A DNA stretch of 64,000 nucleotides from assembly GCF_009834535.1 (NCBI RefSeq), contig NC_045696.1, positions 38,690,001 to 38,754,000 on the forward strand. The letters run 5' to 3'. This document shows positions 12,833-25,455 of this stretch, piece after piece (the first letter of the stretch is position 1; every line of letters begins with the position of its first letter). The position numbers and the translations under genes are program-made. The notes under the pieces are model-generated. The model was not told the DNA's origin and ran no database searches. It worked only from the letters and a program-made list of their open reading frames with translations. Source of the stretch: Camelus ferus (Eukaryota).

Positions 12833-14410
12833 ATGCTAACTAATCAGTTTGTTCTGTAGAAATGTATATTACTTTTTAAAAATTGAGTGGTTGAATTGTT
12901 AAAACCATGTATGAGTTAATAAATTACATCTGTTATCTGTGCCTAAAGTAATGTTATCAACATGACCACATATCCTGTTAGATACTGTTAATCATCTAAT
13001 AGTAGCCACCAGATTTGAGTTTCTAGTATTCAATCTGAAATCACAACTCCTACTATATTACAAAAGTATCATTAAGAATATGAACTAGAGGTACAAATGA
13101 TCTGTTCTCCTTTCCTCCAGTCTAAAGTTAAATCTTGCCTTTAGAAAGTCAAGAAAAATATAGCATTTCAGAATCATTGTCAAGTCTATCTAGAAATATG
13201 CCATACTAGTGCTATTTCTGGAATTACTAATTTCATGAGTACGTACCCAGTACTAGAAGACAGGAGGCAAAATTAATGAAAGAAGACAACAGGCGTAGAA
13301 CTCATGAAACAGTTACTGCTAATAATCTCATCACCTCCTGTCAACTCACTTTATTACCTTTCATTGGTTTGCTTTGAGATTTTCTTGCAAGAGCATATTT
13401 CTAAGGAGACCTAGACAACGCTTATCTCAGGGTGTCGTATGGCTTTCAAAATCTAAGAAGCAACAAAACCAAATATTTTTCACTATGCCACAAATTTAGC
13501 ATTGATCTTTTAATCCCTACTAATTCATATTCTACAAAAATGTGTTGTGTGCTTATTGCCTGTAAAACCATACCTCAGGTATTGGGAAAGATGCAAAGAT
13601 GTATAAGAAATTATCTCCTGTTCTCCAGGACCTAGCAATCTAATGTGGAAAACAGAAACCAATGAGCAAAACAGAGAAAAATCCACAGGCAGTCTGTGAC
13701 TTCCTTACATAATGAAGAAGTTGAAAATTAATATGCAACCAGGCTTTCAAGTTTTCCAGCCACCCCCCTTCGTCTTCCTAACTGCCCACAGGCTGTGAGC
13801 ACTCCACCCCCACCAGAGAAGGAGGAACAGTTACAAGGCCAGTGATCAGACTTGGACCTTTGATTCTTATCTGTGCCTCCAGGACAGACAGTGTGCAATC
13901 TGACCATGGAAGCAACTACAAGACCCAGGAAAGGCCTGTTATCCACAGTGTAGTGGTCCTCCCTGCCACTGTGCTGTGGGGTCTATGCTTTACTGCCCAA
14001 GAGTTTCTGGAAGAAGAGAGACTACAGGACTGGGACATGAATTCAGGAAAACCTAGTGCCTTAGAGTACAGAGTCCAGGAGGGACGCTAAGGGGCTTGCT
14101 TGTTTGAGGGGAAGGCTTATGCTTCGTTTCCCCCAAGCCCTGAGCTATGTCAGTGTAAAACGTGTGGGTGCTAGTGGCTAAGTGAGCTAATTACATTTTT
14201 TACAGAAATACAATAAAAATTTTTTTTCTTCAACTTGTCAGCTCACTCTCTCTAAAACCACCAGGTCATTTTATATCAACAGTTAGGTAAATAAAATGTT
14301 GATTCCAAGTATTCGAAGTTTTGATGGGGATGGGGTGGGGTGGGGGGAGAAGGGAGACAGGAAGAGAAGACAGAATTGAATTTAAGTGATTAACAAGAAT
14401 GACTACCTCA

Positions 14411-15363
14411 AAAAATGAAACAATCTGCTAAAGAATGGGCAGAGGACCTGAATAGACATTTTTCCAAAGAAAGCATACAGGTGGGCAGCAGACACACGGA
14501 AAGATGCACAACATTGCTAATCATCAGAGAAATGCAAATCAAAACCACAATGAGATGTCACCTCACAGCTGTTAGAAGGCCATTATCAAAAAGACAACAA
14601 ATAACAAGTGATGGGGAGGATGTGGAGGAGAAGAAAAGCTCATGCTATTGGTAGCAATGTAAATTGGTGCAGCCATAGTGGAAAACAGTATGGAGGTTCC
14701 TCCAAAAATTAAAAATAGAACTACTGTACAATCCAGCAATTCCACTTCTGGGTATTTTTCTGAAGAGAACAGAAACACTAAATTGAAAAGATGTATTCAC
14801 CTCCGTGTTCAAAGCAGCGTTATTTACAATAGCTATGATATGAAAGCCACCTAAGTGTCCATTGATAGATGAATGGATAAAGAAGATGTGGTATGTATAT
14901 GCAATGGGATATTACTCAGCCATAAAGAAGAATGAAATCTTGCCACTTATGACAACATGGTTGGATGTAGAGGGTGTTATACTAAGTGAAATAAGTCAGA
15001 CGGAGAAAGACTGTATGATTTCACTTATATGTGTAATCCAAAAAATAAAATAAAAAAACAAATGAACGAACATTACAAAACAGAAAAAGACTCATAGAAA
15101 ACAAACTAGCTGTTGCCAAAGTGGAGGGGAGTGAGAGGAGGAGTGGAATAGGTGAGGGATATTAAGAGATACAGACTTACAGTAAGTCATGGGTATGTGA
15201 TGTACAGCACAGGGAACATAGTCAATAAAATTATAATAGTTTTGTATCATGGCAGATGGTGACAAGACTTATTGTGGTGATCATTTTGTAATGTATAAAA
15301 ATATCGAATCACTGTGTTGTACACCTGAAACTAACATAATATTGTCATTTATACTTCAGTAAA
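14411..15363 (+). mobile_element. 5'-truncated L1 (ORF2 C-terminus, 3'UTR and short A tail)
   Basis: Peptides [25 protein letters not shown] and DEWIKKMWY...[12 protein letters not shown] aagaatgactacctca (14395-14410) / aaaaatgactacttca (15364-15379). Confidence 0.93.
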
Positions 15364-15465
15364 AAAAATGACTACTTCAGTACATCACACCTCATTTTAA
15401 ATAGTGACAAGATGTGTGGTTACTAGAATACTCTTGAACTAATTCAGTCTTTTGTTTTGTGGCAG

Positions 15466-15591
15466 TACGCTTCCCAGGAATTAAAACTTACATAGATCCT
15501 GATACATACGAAGACCCATCCCTAGCAGTCCATGAATTTGCAAAGGAGATTGATCCCTCAAGGATACGCATTGAGAGAGTCATTGGGGCAG
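15466..15591 (+). CDS. EPHA6: EPHA6 internal exon with the regulatory juxtamembrane tyrosines and kinase start: (L)[41 protein letters not shown](G). 126 nt, phase 1 to phase 1.
   Basis: Acceptor tcttttgttttgtggcag|TA and donor GCAG|gtaaac. Contains the Eph-family motif TYxDPxTYEDP, followed by EFAKEID and VIGAG. Confidence 0.96.
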
Positions 15592-16149
15592 GTAAACATA
15601 AAATCTACACTTTTGAAGATACGGTTTCTTAGCGGTTTTGTAACTGGTTTATCAACATAATATTTTAAATCTTAGCAGTTTTAGTCATTGAAAAAAAATT
15701 TTTAATGAGAAGTAAAATTATCTTGTATATATATTGTTACTGTTTTAAAAAGTATTGCAAGTGCCCAAATTCAGTTTCCAAACAATGAGAAAATCCACGA
15801 AAGTTATTTTTAACATCCTGTAGTCATTCTTTCAGTATTGAGATAAATTACAGTGAAACTAGAGTGAATCAAGAATTTATTTTGAAAGAGCAGCTTCAGG
15901 AGTTTGTCATAGGTTATTATATATTTACTTGAGTCCTAACATCTATAGGCATATACTATAATTAGTATTCACACTGATGACCTTAAGGCCCTGCAAGATC
16001 TAGAAGTGTTCTGAGAATCATTGATATACAATTAGGTTCAATATAGTTTTATATAATTTTAATACAAATTAATAATTTTCCCTCTATATCATTCAACTAT
16101 TCTGGATAAATACAAATTTATTATGAGTGAGCTCCCAAGAATTTCTTCT

Positions 16150-16635
16150 GTATGTTACTTAGGGCAGAGGCCACACCAGTATAACAAAGAGATCCAGGAT
16201 AAAAATGTTTTCCTCTTTCAAGTCCTTGACCCAGGGTGAGTAGTCCATGCTGGCTCTCATTCAGGCGGTCTTGAAAGGACCCAAGTTCTTTCTATTCTTT
16301 GCTTTGCCTTCCCCTATGGTGTCCTCCTCCTCTGAACAGTCAAAGCTGGTCACCAGCACATCTTCCTTCTGGCCTATCAGAAGGAAAGGAAAGTTCAGTC
16401 TCTTTGTCTTTAGAGTAATTAGCTTTGTCTTTAAGACAATAACCTGGAAACTGCAACCATGTCTATTCACATTTCAATATTCCAAATACAATCACATGGG
16501 TACACTTCAATGCAAGAGAGTTTGGAAATACAATCTCTGACTGGGCAGCTATGCAGCCTAAAAGTGGAGGGGGAATGTGCTACTAAATAGAAAAGAAAGA
16601 CTGGATCCTGAAGGGGAGTACTAGTGTCCTCTAGA
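16150..16635 (-). mobile_element. Old MaLR LTR (MLT1J/K-like)
   Basis: ggacccaagttctttcta and atcacatgggtacacttcaatgcaagagagtttggaaatacaatct...gggcagctatg motifs. Boundaries approximate. Confidence 0.6.
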
Positions 16636-16745
16636 TGCTAGATATCTGTGTAATCCTTTACAGAGAGCAGAATATACCATTCCATCTGGGTATCATGTCT
16701 TTGCAAAGGTCTAAAAGGCTTTTTTCTTCCAAAACCCTTCACCAG

Positions 16746-16908
16746 AAGGACTGACCACATAATTTGCAGGGATCAGTGAAAAGTGAAAATATAGAAAATG
16801 TTAAAAAATGATTAAGAATTTCAAGACAGTGACAGCAGAGCTCTAAACAAACAGCAGGGCCCTCCTAAACTCAAGGCTCCACGTGACCTGCCCATGAAGC
16901 TGACCATT
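16746..16908 (-). mobile_element. MER45A-like hAT-Tip100 element
   Basis: ttaagaatttcaagacagtgacagcagagc and cccatgaagctgacc match the reverse complement of the MER45A consensus as I recall it. Confidence 0.75.
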
Positions 16909-17437
16909 TTCCAGGTGCACAGAGAGCTAGCACCACATCAAGAATTCCGGGGATGTTTGGAGAAAGTCCTACTTTATATCATTTTATTCCCCATGCACAA
17001 TGGATCATCTCGTCTCCTGCATGGCCAATTCTCCCTCTGAAATCTGACGTAAGGGTCCTATACACTTAAATCTTACTGCTTGGAGCCAAAGAGGCTGTCT
17101 TACCAGAAAGATTAAGAACCTGGAATAGAACCAGATCCTCTATTCCATTCTGCTGAACATAAAGCATACCAACAGGCATTAAGGCATAATTGAAAAGAGT
17201 GATTGCATTATATTCATTTAGTTTGGAGGTTTATTTTCTTAAGACAGCAGAGAAACAGAAAAGAGAGGAGGCTGAATAATTTCACTGCACCCTACTGCTT
17301 TCTTCCTCTGGTCCCCAAGAAAAAGTGGTGTGACCTTTTATACTGCATTGTTCCATTGCTTCTGTAGATACAGGAATTAAACACTAATGTCTGAAATCAT
17401 AATATTGAGAGATAAATCAAGTATCTGAGAGGTAAAC

Positions 17438-18831
17438 TATCAAGTTAAAATGCAGAACTTAAAAGCTGTGAGTTAAGTTCATTTAGTGCCTTACTGAGGA
17501 ATATTGCCCAAGAGACAGCCTCTCAGATAGCTCTGAGAAACTGTTCTGAAGAGGTAATGTTAGCAGATGGAGGGACCCCTAAATTAGGAAGCCCACCAAC
17601 GTGTGGGTTCTTGCCACTGGCTGTGAAAGAATTCGCACAGCGGAGGCAGAGGGACAAAGAGAACAACCATTTTATTGCTCAGACGGGGAAATGGAAAGAA
17701 AGTGCTTGAGCAGAGAGAAGGAAAGAAAAGCACTTGAGTGAGGAGAAGGCACTCGAGTGGGAACCATCAGCCAAGAGGGGCAATATGGACAGCTCCAGGC
17801 CGGGCTGGGCCACATGTACTCTCATGGGAGGCTTCTGCCAACATATCTTTCTTCCTAGTGTGATGGAGCCAATCAGCCCTTGTTCGAGTCTTTCAGTCCA
17901 TGTATGGGCTTTTCCGGTTCTTGTCATGGCAGTCATCAACTGTCATGGTGCTGAGGGCTGTGTCATTTAGCATGTTAATACATTACGGTGAGGCTCAAGG
18001 TCCACTGGAAGTCAAATCCTCTACCATGTTGAACTGGGTTCTAAACAATTCTTGTTTCTTCTCTGCAGCTGCCCCCTGAGACTTAGATAAGAGTAATTGG
18101 TTTCTATTCCAGAGAAGGGCAGGGGTATGATCCTGGGGGCAACAAACAGCCTTGGTAACAAAAAGGAAGGCTGCTTTTAATCAGAATGCCTGCAATCTAA
18201 TGCACCCAGCATTCCTAAAAAACAAACAAACAAACAAAAAAACCATCTCCTAAGATTCTGTTCAGCCATGAAAGTTTTAAGAGGAAACACAGGAGTAATC
18301 TCAGTTAATTGGTGAGATAGGGGGTCAGAGTCGTCCATCCCCCAATGCCTGCAGGCTTTTCCTAATCAACTGCTTAAGCCTGCTCTTCTGTGATGCTGAG
18401 AGGCCTTGGAGACTTCAGCTTTTCTATAAACGTGAGTCAGGGATTGTGGGCACACAGAGTCCTGCTCCCTTTTAGTAAGTGGGAAGGTCAGGATATATGT
18501 GATTTTGGCAAAGAGTGTATGTGCAACCAAGTACACATCTCACATCTCACTAGAAGGTTGCTGCTAGTCACCTGGAACACATGTGGTTAATTTAGTGCTT
18601 TTCTAAGTATGGGAAGATACAAGAATCTAAGTTCATAAAAAATTTCTCCATAAAATATGTAACTGTCTCCAAGCCCTGTTCTGCCAGTTTTCCCAGGGCA
18701 CAGAGTGCCTCCTTCCTGACTTCTGCCCTGAAATCCTTTCAAGACATGTCAAAGGCCAGCAGCTGCGGTGGCCAAGGACTCAGTCCTTGTAGAGCCGGAT
18801 GGCTAGTGTTATGCACATTCTTTAGTTGGCA
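17438..18831 (-). mobile_element. Nested ERV1-type LTR cluster: outer LTR (17438-17557 and 18479-18831) split by an insert made of LTR A (17558-18160) and a partial LTR B (18161-18474)
   Basis: The insert is flanked by GTAA (17554-17557 / 18475-18478). LTR A has inverted ends tgttagca/tggtaaca and a minus-strand AATAAA near 17672. The outer element is flanked by aaac/gaac. Confidence 0.75.
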
Positions 18832-19313
18832 GAACAAATGAAGAAATTCAGTTTTTCTCTAGTGTTTTTTTTTAACCAAATATCATTTTGTCCTAAAAAA
18901 AAGTATGACAGATATTGCCAAATCAAACAATAACTATTAAAGAGACTGTTTTACGATCATATTCTTCCTGTCTAAATTCTAATAAGTCATAATGGTTTTC
19001 CTTTTATTTGGCAAAAATGGAATATCTAAACCATGGGGTTAATACTATAAGTCAGTGTCTCTTTTTTGTATTTATTCATCTTTGACTATTTCAACTTTCA
19101 AACATCATGCTAAGTGACCTTTTACTGTCCATTTCAGAAAAATCATATAAATAAAAATGCTTTATGAGAAAAAACTGTTGTAATGCAACATCCCTCTTTG
19201 TGCCCCTGGCCTGTACTGCTCTGTTGTTAATTAAACCCATTAGGTCTTGTTCCTAAAACTCTTATTTGCATATGAAAATATAATGAATATGTGGACATTC
19301 CCCACAGCAGCAG

Positions 19314-19779
19314 TGTGGAAAAAGCAATGTTCAATCAAACTAAAGGAAAATTAACAGAGTTTTATACCATCCATGACATTGTAGGGGAGGAATGTTTAAG
19401 TTTACAGGCCACTTTGAGCTAAGAAGAGGGTGGGCCTGGGGTTTCAAAAGAAAGGAAGATAATTCACAGGGGGATAGGAAGAGCAAATGTTTCATACACA
19501 AATTTTGCCAAGCCAAACTGACCATGGAAGGCAGAGAGGAATGTGATCCCCAGACCCACTCCCACTTTCCTGCACAGGCTGATCATTCCTAGGACTTACT
19601 CTCTCTAGTCATCTTTGGTGATAGCTCTTCCTGGACCAGGCCCTCTATCCAGATGCTTTTAGACAGTTAAGGGGATGGCATAAACCACTCCCTGAGTCTT
19701 TGGGGCCTTGATTTTTGGTTCAAAATAATCTACATGCCAAAGTGGAACATTCCGGGGCAGCCTGCCCTGAACCCCATTA
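19314..19779 (-). mobile_element. MER34-like ERV1 solo LTR
   Basis: tcaaaataatctacatgccaaagtggaacattccggggcagcctgccctgaacccc is the reverse complement of the MER34-type 5' end (from memory). Confidence 0.75.
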
Positions 19780-20525
19780 ACATAATTGCACGACTGGTTA
19801 CTTGCCCAAATTTTTACTGTAAATAGTTTCCTTAAGTTGTCTCCTACCTTTATTTTTCCCCACCCATTTGATTGTTTCTTCTCAAACTCTACTTCTTCAC
19901 CATCTGAGTGCATTAGATATTCCCCTTGAAAGTGTAAACTAAATGCTTTAAGGGGCAGTGTAGATGCTGTACAGAGGTGAAGGGGACTGGGGGAGATGGG
20001 AAAGAAAGGCAAAACACCAGGTCTTGGTAACTGTCAGGTGAAAGATACCAGGTCTGACTAAGGCATTGAGAGTAGCTGTAGACAGGGATACCTAGATTCA
20101 CAATTCATTGCTGAGGAAAAATCTACAAGACCTGCAGGGCTTTTCACAAAGAAATAATTAAGAATGCTTTTTAGATCTCCAGATGGGAGACACAATATAT
20201 AATCATTATATATTTCTTAAATGTGTTATTAAAAAAATGAACCCCAAAATAGTTACGTTAAAATTTTGAGAAAGAAAAGGCCATGGCATATCACACCTAA
20301 CCTGTGACATTTCTAACATGTTCACTGAAGAATGTTTATTAGATGGCTAATATCTACTTATATAAAAAGACAGTGTGCTAATTAATTAGTTTTTTTCATA
20401 TTAAGTCACTATGCTTATTAAAGACATATGTCTTCAATATATCTTTTGTAGCCTTTGTCCTGGGAATTTCAACTTTATAACCATCCAAATATTATGCAGT
20501 AAATCCTGAGAAAATTTAATTTATC

Positions 20526-21089
20526 CATTACCCCAAAAGGGGAAGGGAAAAACCTCAGTCTTGTCTTGCCCGAAAGAGAAGAATTCAGATGGAAGAAGTG
20601 CATAGTGCTGTGGGTAGTGAAAGATTTTTTAACGATTTAATTAGTAACGCAAAAGTACACCTACAAGAACAGGAGGTGGGCTGATCCAAGGGTGGGTAAC
20701 AATGGTCTTTTTTTGCCCCTTCTCTTATACCCTCGCTTAGAGGTGGTCTCATGATTGATTGATGGCTTTTGTCCCTGGAGTGCTTAGTCTTGCTCCTTCC
20801 CCTTTGTACATGTCCTTACCCATGATGCACACAGAAAAACCCACGGCGGGGGCCTAAAACGCAAAGCTTATTATATTACAATGAGCATTGGGTCATGTCT
20901 GGTTAGGTCCTTATCAATACTGTGCAGTCACAGCCATTGAGTTCTAATTGATTTCTTGCTGGCACTCATTTAGAGGAACTAAAGCCCCTTTATGCTGAAG
21001 ACAGCATGGGCATATCACCATCTTCCAGACCATCTTCCCTCTCCTCCACCTTATCTGCCCGGTGCCCCCACTTATTTAACTACCTAACA
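20526..21089 (-). mobile_element. ERV1-class solo LTR, 564 bp
   Basis: Ends cctaaca; the left end is degenerate (cattacc). 4-bp TSD TATC (20522-20525 / 21090-21093). GC-richer than the flanks; minus-strand ATTAAA and TATAAG. Confidence 0.75.
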
Positions 21090-22499
21090 TATCCAGCGTC
21101 TAGGCTATATATATATTCTTAAAAATCCCTGTCTTTCAGTGTATATCTTACTGGGTTTTTTTTAATAAGTTTCCTAGAGCACTTTTTGTATATCACTATT
21201 CTGAATAGTAGTTGCAACTTATCTTTGTTCATCAATACAGGCTTCAATTTCCATGAAAATGCACATTTCCATTTAAATGAAGTGAGGATCTCTGTTGCAT
21301 AGGAGCCTATCAAGATCATCTATCTCCTTTGACTTTTTGCATCATAAAGTGAAAAACTGTGGCCAGAGGACTGTAAAACAGAAATTCCCAGGCTAAAAGA
21401 GCCAGATTAAGGTAGAATCATTATTTTACACATATCTTGAGAGATAATGAGAAAACTAGTAAACTGAATTTTAATCATGGGCTGAAAAGGTCATTGAAAG
21501 GCTATCCCTTTCTCGGGGTAGTACTGAACCTAAACCATTAAATGAAAAACTTGCCCAGCAGAGTATGTATAATTTTGAAACATTATTCCATTGAAAAAAA
21601 ATCATTCTTGCGTCTCTAAGCCCATAGGGCACCCTTCTTATGTTTGGCTTTCCCTCTTTCCATAGCTTCAGTGGAAATGCATAATATCTCCCTGTCATTC
21701 ATATTCTATCCCTTAATCTATACAAAACTCATCGTTGCTTCCACTATCAACCCTCTCCTCTTCTGGCTTAGTGTCTCCATAATTTTTTTTCATAGAAGAA
21801 TCAGAAAGTTTTAACTGTTGGTGTCTCAGCAATCACCTGCAGGTAAAAGAAAGTCAAAAAGACAGTAAAAGGGATATAAAAAAATGAGTATCAAACCAGT
21901 GATTTATTCAGCCTAGTATTTGGTTCAGGTGTTGCCACCTCCTTTGAGGTCATAGTTTCACATGATAATGTGCAAAGCAAAACGCTTACTCTGCGTACTT
22001 TTCCTAATTCCCTGTGATCCCCCAGCCAGCCTCTTCTCTGTACTATAGAATCTATTATATTTTAGCTATCTTAAAGAAATTCTCTCATCACCTTTATTAT
22101 TTTTGTTCCTCTTCTACAGCTATAGTATGTTTTCTTGCAACATGACAGTGAAAAATGTCAGCAGTATTCCAGATGTGAATCCACAATTCACTCTTTACAA
22201 AAAGAATCTTGAATTTATGGCTCATTTCCTCTATATTTAGATGAGATGATCTTATCAGATACAAATTTTGTCCTTGTCCATCAACTTAAAGGATTTGTAG
22301 TAGAGGTCAGATTCATTTTCTTTTCTATTCTTAGAAATTCCTTTGCCCAACCAGCTGAGAATGGGATCAATGACAGATTATAGCAAGACCTAAGTGCCTT
22401 TTATTCAAGAATTCCATAACTTCCTAAATCAAATGATGTAATGGAAGACGGGCTTTATCCATTCTCCCTGGACATTATGATATGAATGAAAAAGAAAGA

Positions 22500-22705
22500 G
22501 ACTGAAGGCAGACAGTTGCAAGCTTAAATCACAGTTTTGCTGCTAATTCACTTAATGACCTTCTGCAGTTTACTAATCTTTCAGAAATTTGGTTTGTTCA
22601 CCTATAAAATAGATTCATAATAATAATAGCTATCCTGTAAGATTAATATAAGGATGAGAGATGACACATATTGAAAACCTGTCATACTATAGACTCTCAG
22701 TAAAA
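22500..22705 (+). mobile_element. MIR SINE fragment
   Basis: tttgttcacctataaaat...aataataatagctatcctgtaagatt...aggatgagagatga. Confidence 0.55.
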
Positions 22706-23984
22706 AGGTGGAAAACTGACTATTAGGTTAAAAAGAGATATAGTTTATACCTACAGTTGAGATGGATAAGAAGAATGACAGTTTATGCCCAACTTTCAAA
22801 ATATTTTATAATGTAAATATGTGCTTATGAAGAGTTCAAAGTCAGTGCCTTAGTTAACTGGAATGATATCTATGATTTTCAGAGTTTGTTGAAAATTAGT
22901 AATTAAAAATGGAATTTTCTTTTTGTCAATACAGTAAGGACTATCCCCATATCAACAAGTTCTTTTTTTTTTTTTTTTTTTTTTGGAAGAAACTCAAAAC
23001 TTAATTTTTCCTATACCTTGTGAGGTCATAATTATTAGATACGTATTTATTTTTGTTTTAAACTTAACAAGCCATATGATGAAATGAGGTTAACAAAAGA
23101 AACCTTACTTCAATATCTTAATATAAAATCATTGTAAACTAATCTTACCAGTTTATTCCTGGCACATCTAAGAACTTAGTAGCTTAGCCTATCATAATAG
23201 ACTTTAAGTTAATATTATTTTACTTACATTTCAACACTCTACATCTTATGTTGGGGGCTATTTAGTTTACATTTGCTATCTCACGTATACATTTTCCAAT
23301 CTTACAAGTTGCCTCATCATAGTAGTTATTTGAGAAATACTTGTTAAATAAATAAATTAGTAAATAAATGAACGACTGAAAGGATATAGAATTACTTCTA
23401 AGTAATTATTTTAAATGACTACATCTCTCTGGTTATCAACAAAATCCTAATGTAAAGTGTAACTTAAAGTATAACACAATTAATATAAAATCAAATACCT
23501 AATATATATAAAGTAAAAATAAGACAAAAGAACAAGTTTAGAGGATAGTTGTGAATTATAGTAATTGAAATACTTCATGTTAACAATTTACTTGATAAAT
23601 TAGCCTAAAATTATAGAAATTATTATATACCTTTGTAGTCACATAATGAAATTCACAATCTTACAGAAAAGATTACATTGATACTTTATTTTCACTGCAT
23701 TTGTATAACAGATGAGATAATTTTGAAAAATTTTTATAACTTACAAGGAATTTATTAATTTTCATACTTCTTTCCCTTTTCTTCTGATTTGTGTATTGTT
23801 AAAATGTTTGGTGAAATGAAGGAAATATGACACCTATTTTTTAAAAAGTACTCCAGAGAGACAGGGGCAGAGTGGATACATCTTACATAGAAAGAAAAAA
23901 AGAAAATAGTGATATATTAAGGTTCTAAAATCCAAAAGAGAAAAAAGACCCACACATCAACAGCAACAATTTTTATTCCTTACT

Positions 23985-24520
23985 ACAGTACATTTAGTTA
24001 ACTCTTGCTACATAACAAATTGCCCTAAAACCTAAACCAAGAACATTTACTATTTTGCAGTTTCTAGGGTCACAAATTCAGTCATGGCTTAGCTTCTGCA
24101 GGGTTGCTCACAGGGTTGCAATGAAGGTGTCAGATAGGGCTGTGATCTCATCTAAAGGCTCAATTGGGCAAATATATGCTTCCAAGCTCATTTATATGGC
24201 TCCTTTGAGGGATGTTGCCCTGAAGGCCTTAATTTCCTACTGCTAGTTGGCTGGAGAACAGTCTCAGATTCCTGTCATGTAGATTTCTCCATCATGAGAT
24301 TATTTCATTAAATCCAGCAAGAGAGTTTGCTAGCACGATGGAAATCACTATCTATTGTAACTTAATCATGGAAGTGACCTCACATCACTTTGCTATATTC
24401 TGTTGGCTATTAAGTATGATATTAGGTCTCATCCATGATGGAAATCACACAAGGACATTCATGCCAGGATGCAGGGATCATTGCAGGCCATCTCACCACA
24501 TCTTACCACACCTACTACCA
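23985..24520 (-). mobile_element. MaLR LTR (MLT1E/F-like)
   Basis: ttgctacataacaaattgccctaaaac...cagtttctagggtcacaaattc...ctgtgatctcatctaaaggctc. Confidence 0.7.
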
Positions 24521-24925
24521 CATATAGTAAATTTCCATTTGGAGTTTTAAGTTTAATATGAATATATTGAAGATAGCAAGCTCATTTAAAATATAATTTG
24601 GATATTTTGTTTATATAAAACCCAAAAAGTTTTATATAAAAATTTACATTAAAATGGGTGTAGTTCTAAATTTATCTCTTATAAGGAAGTAAGAGATGGT
24701 TTATGTTCTACAATTGTTTAATAATGCCGCCTGAGAGACCATGTGCATTCTTACATTGGTGTACAGTAAGATGTGAATCAAGGTAATAAATCTGATTATA
24801 TGATTTGCTTATACCATACCATGTTCATCTAGCATAAGGTAATTAATTGATTGTTCCCACAGTGATACTTGTGTTCTCAGTCTAATTGTCTGTGTATTTA
24901 ACTAATGGCTTTTGTCTTTGTAGCC

Positions 24926-25455
24926 TGTCCAGATTGTCTGTTGCTATGTAACAAACCATTGCCAAACTAAATGGCTTCAAATAATAATTGTTTCATTTTA
25001 TTCATAATTCTGTGGGTCAACAGTTTGGGCTGGACTCAGCTGGAGCTGGGGATTTTGTCTTTTGGTCTCACTTGGGGTCACTCCCATAAATGGTGGCTCA
25101 AATGAACATGTTGTTGTCAGGTGGTTGGTGGATTCTGAGCAGGGATGATGCATCTCTACTCCATATGGCTTCAACTCCACCCACAGGCTAGATGAGACAG
25201 TCTCAAGGCAGTGTTCTAAGCAGATAAGAAAAAGAGTTGTAAGTCCTCTTTAAACCTTGGCTCTGAACTCCTACAACATAATTCTGACACTTTATCTTGG
25301 TCAAAGCAAGTCACAAGGCCAGCCCAAACATAACAAAGTGAAGAAACAGATTCTACCTCTTGACGAGAAGAGAGCAAAGTCACACTGCAAAGGGACACGC
25401 ATTTTTCCTCCCAGGGTTGGGAGGAATTTGTAGTCATGTTTTACAACCCACCACA
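24926..25455 (-). mobile_element. MaLR LTR (MLT1G/H-like)
   Basis: TGT...CACA ends; 5-bp TSD tagcc/tagct; ttgctatgtaacaaacca and ggtcaaagcaagtcacaaggccagccca motifs. Confidence 0.8.
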
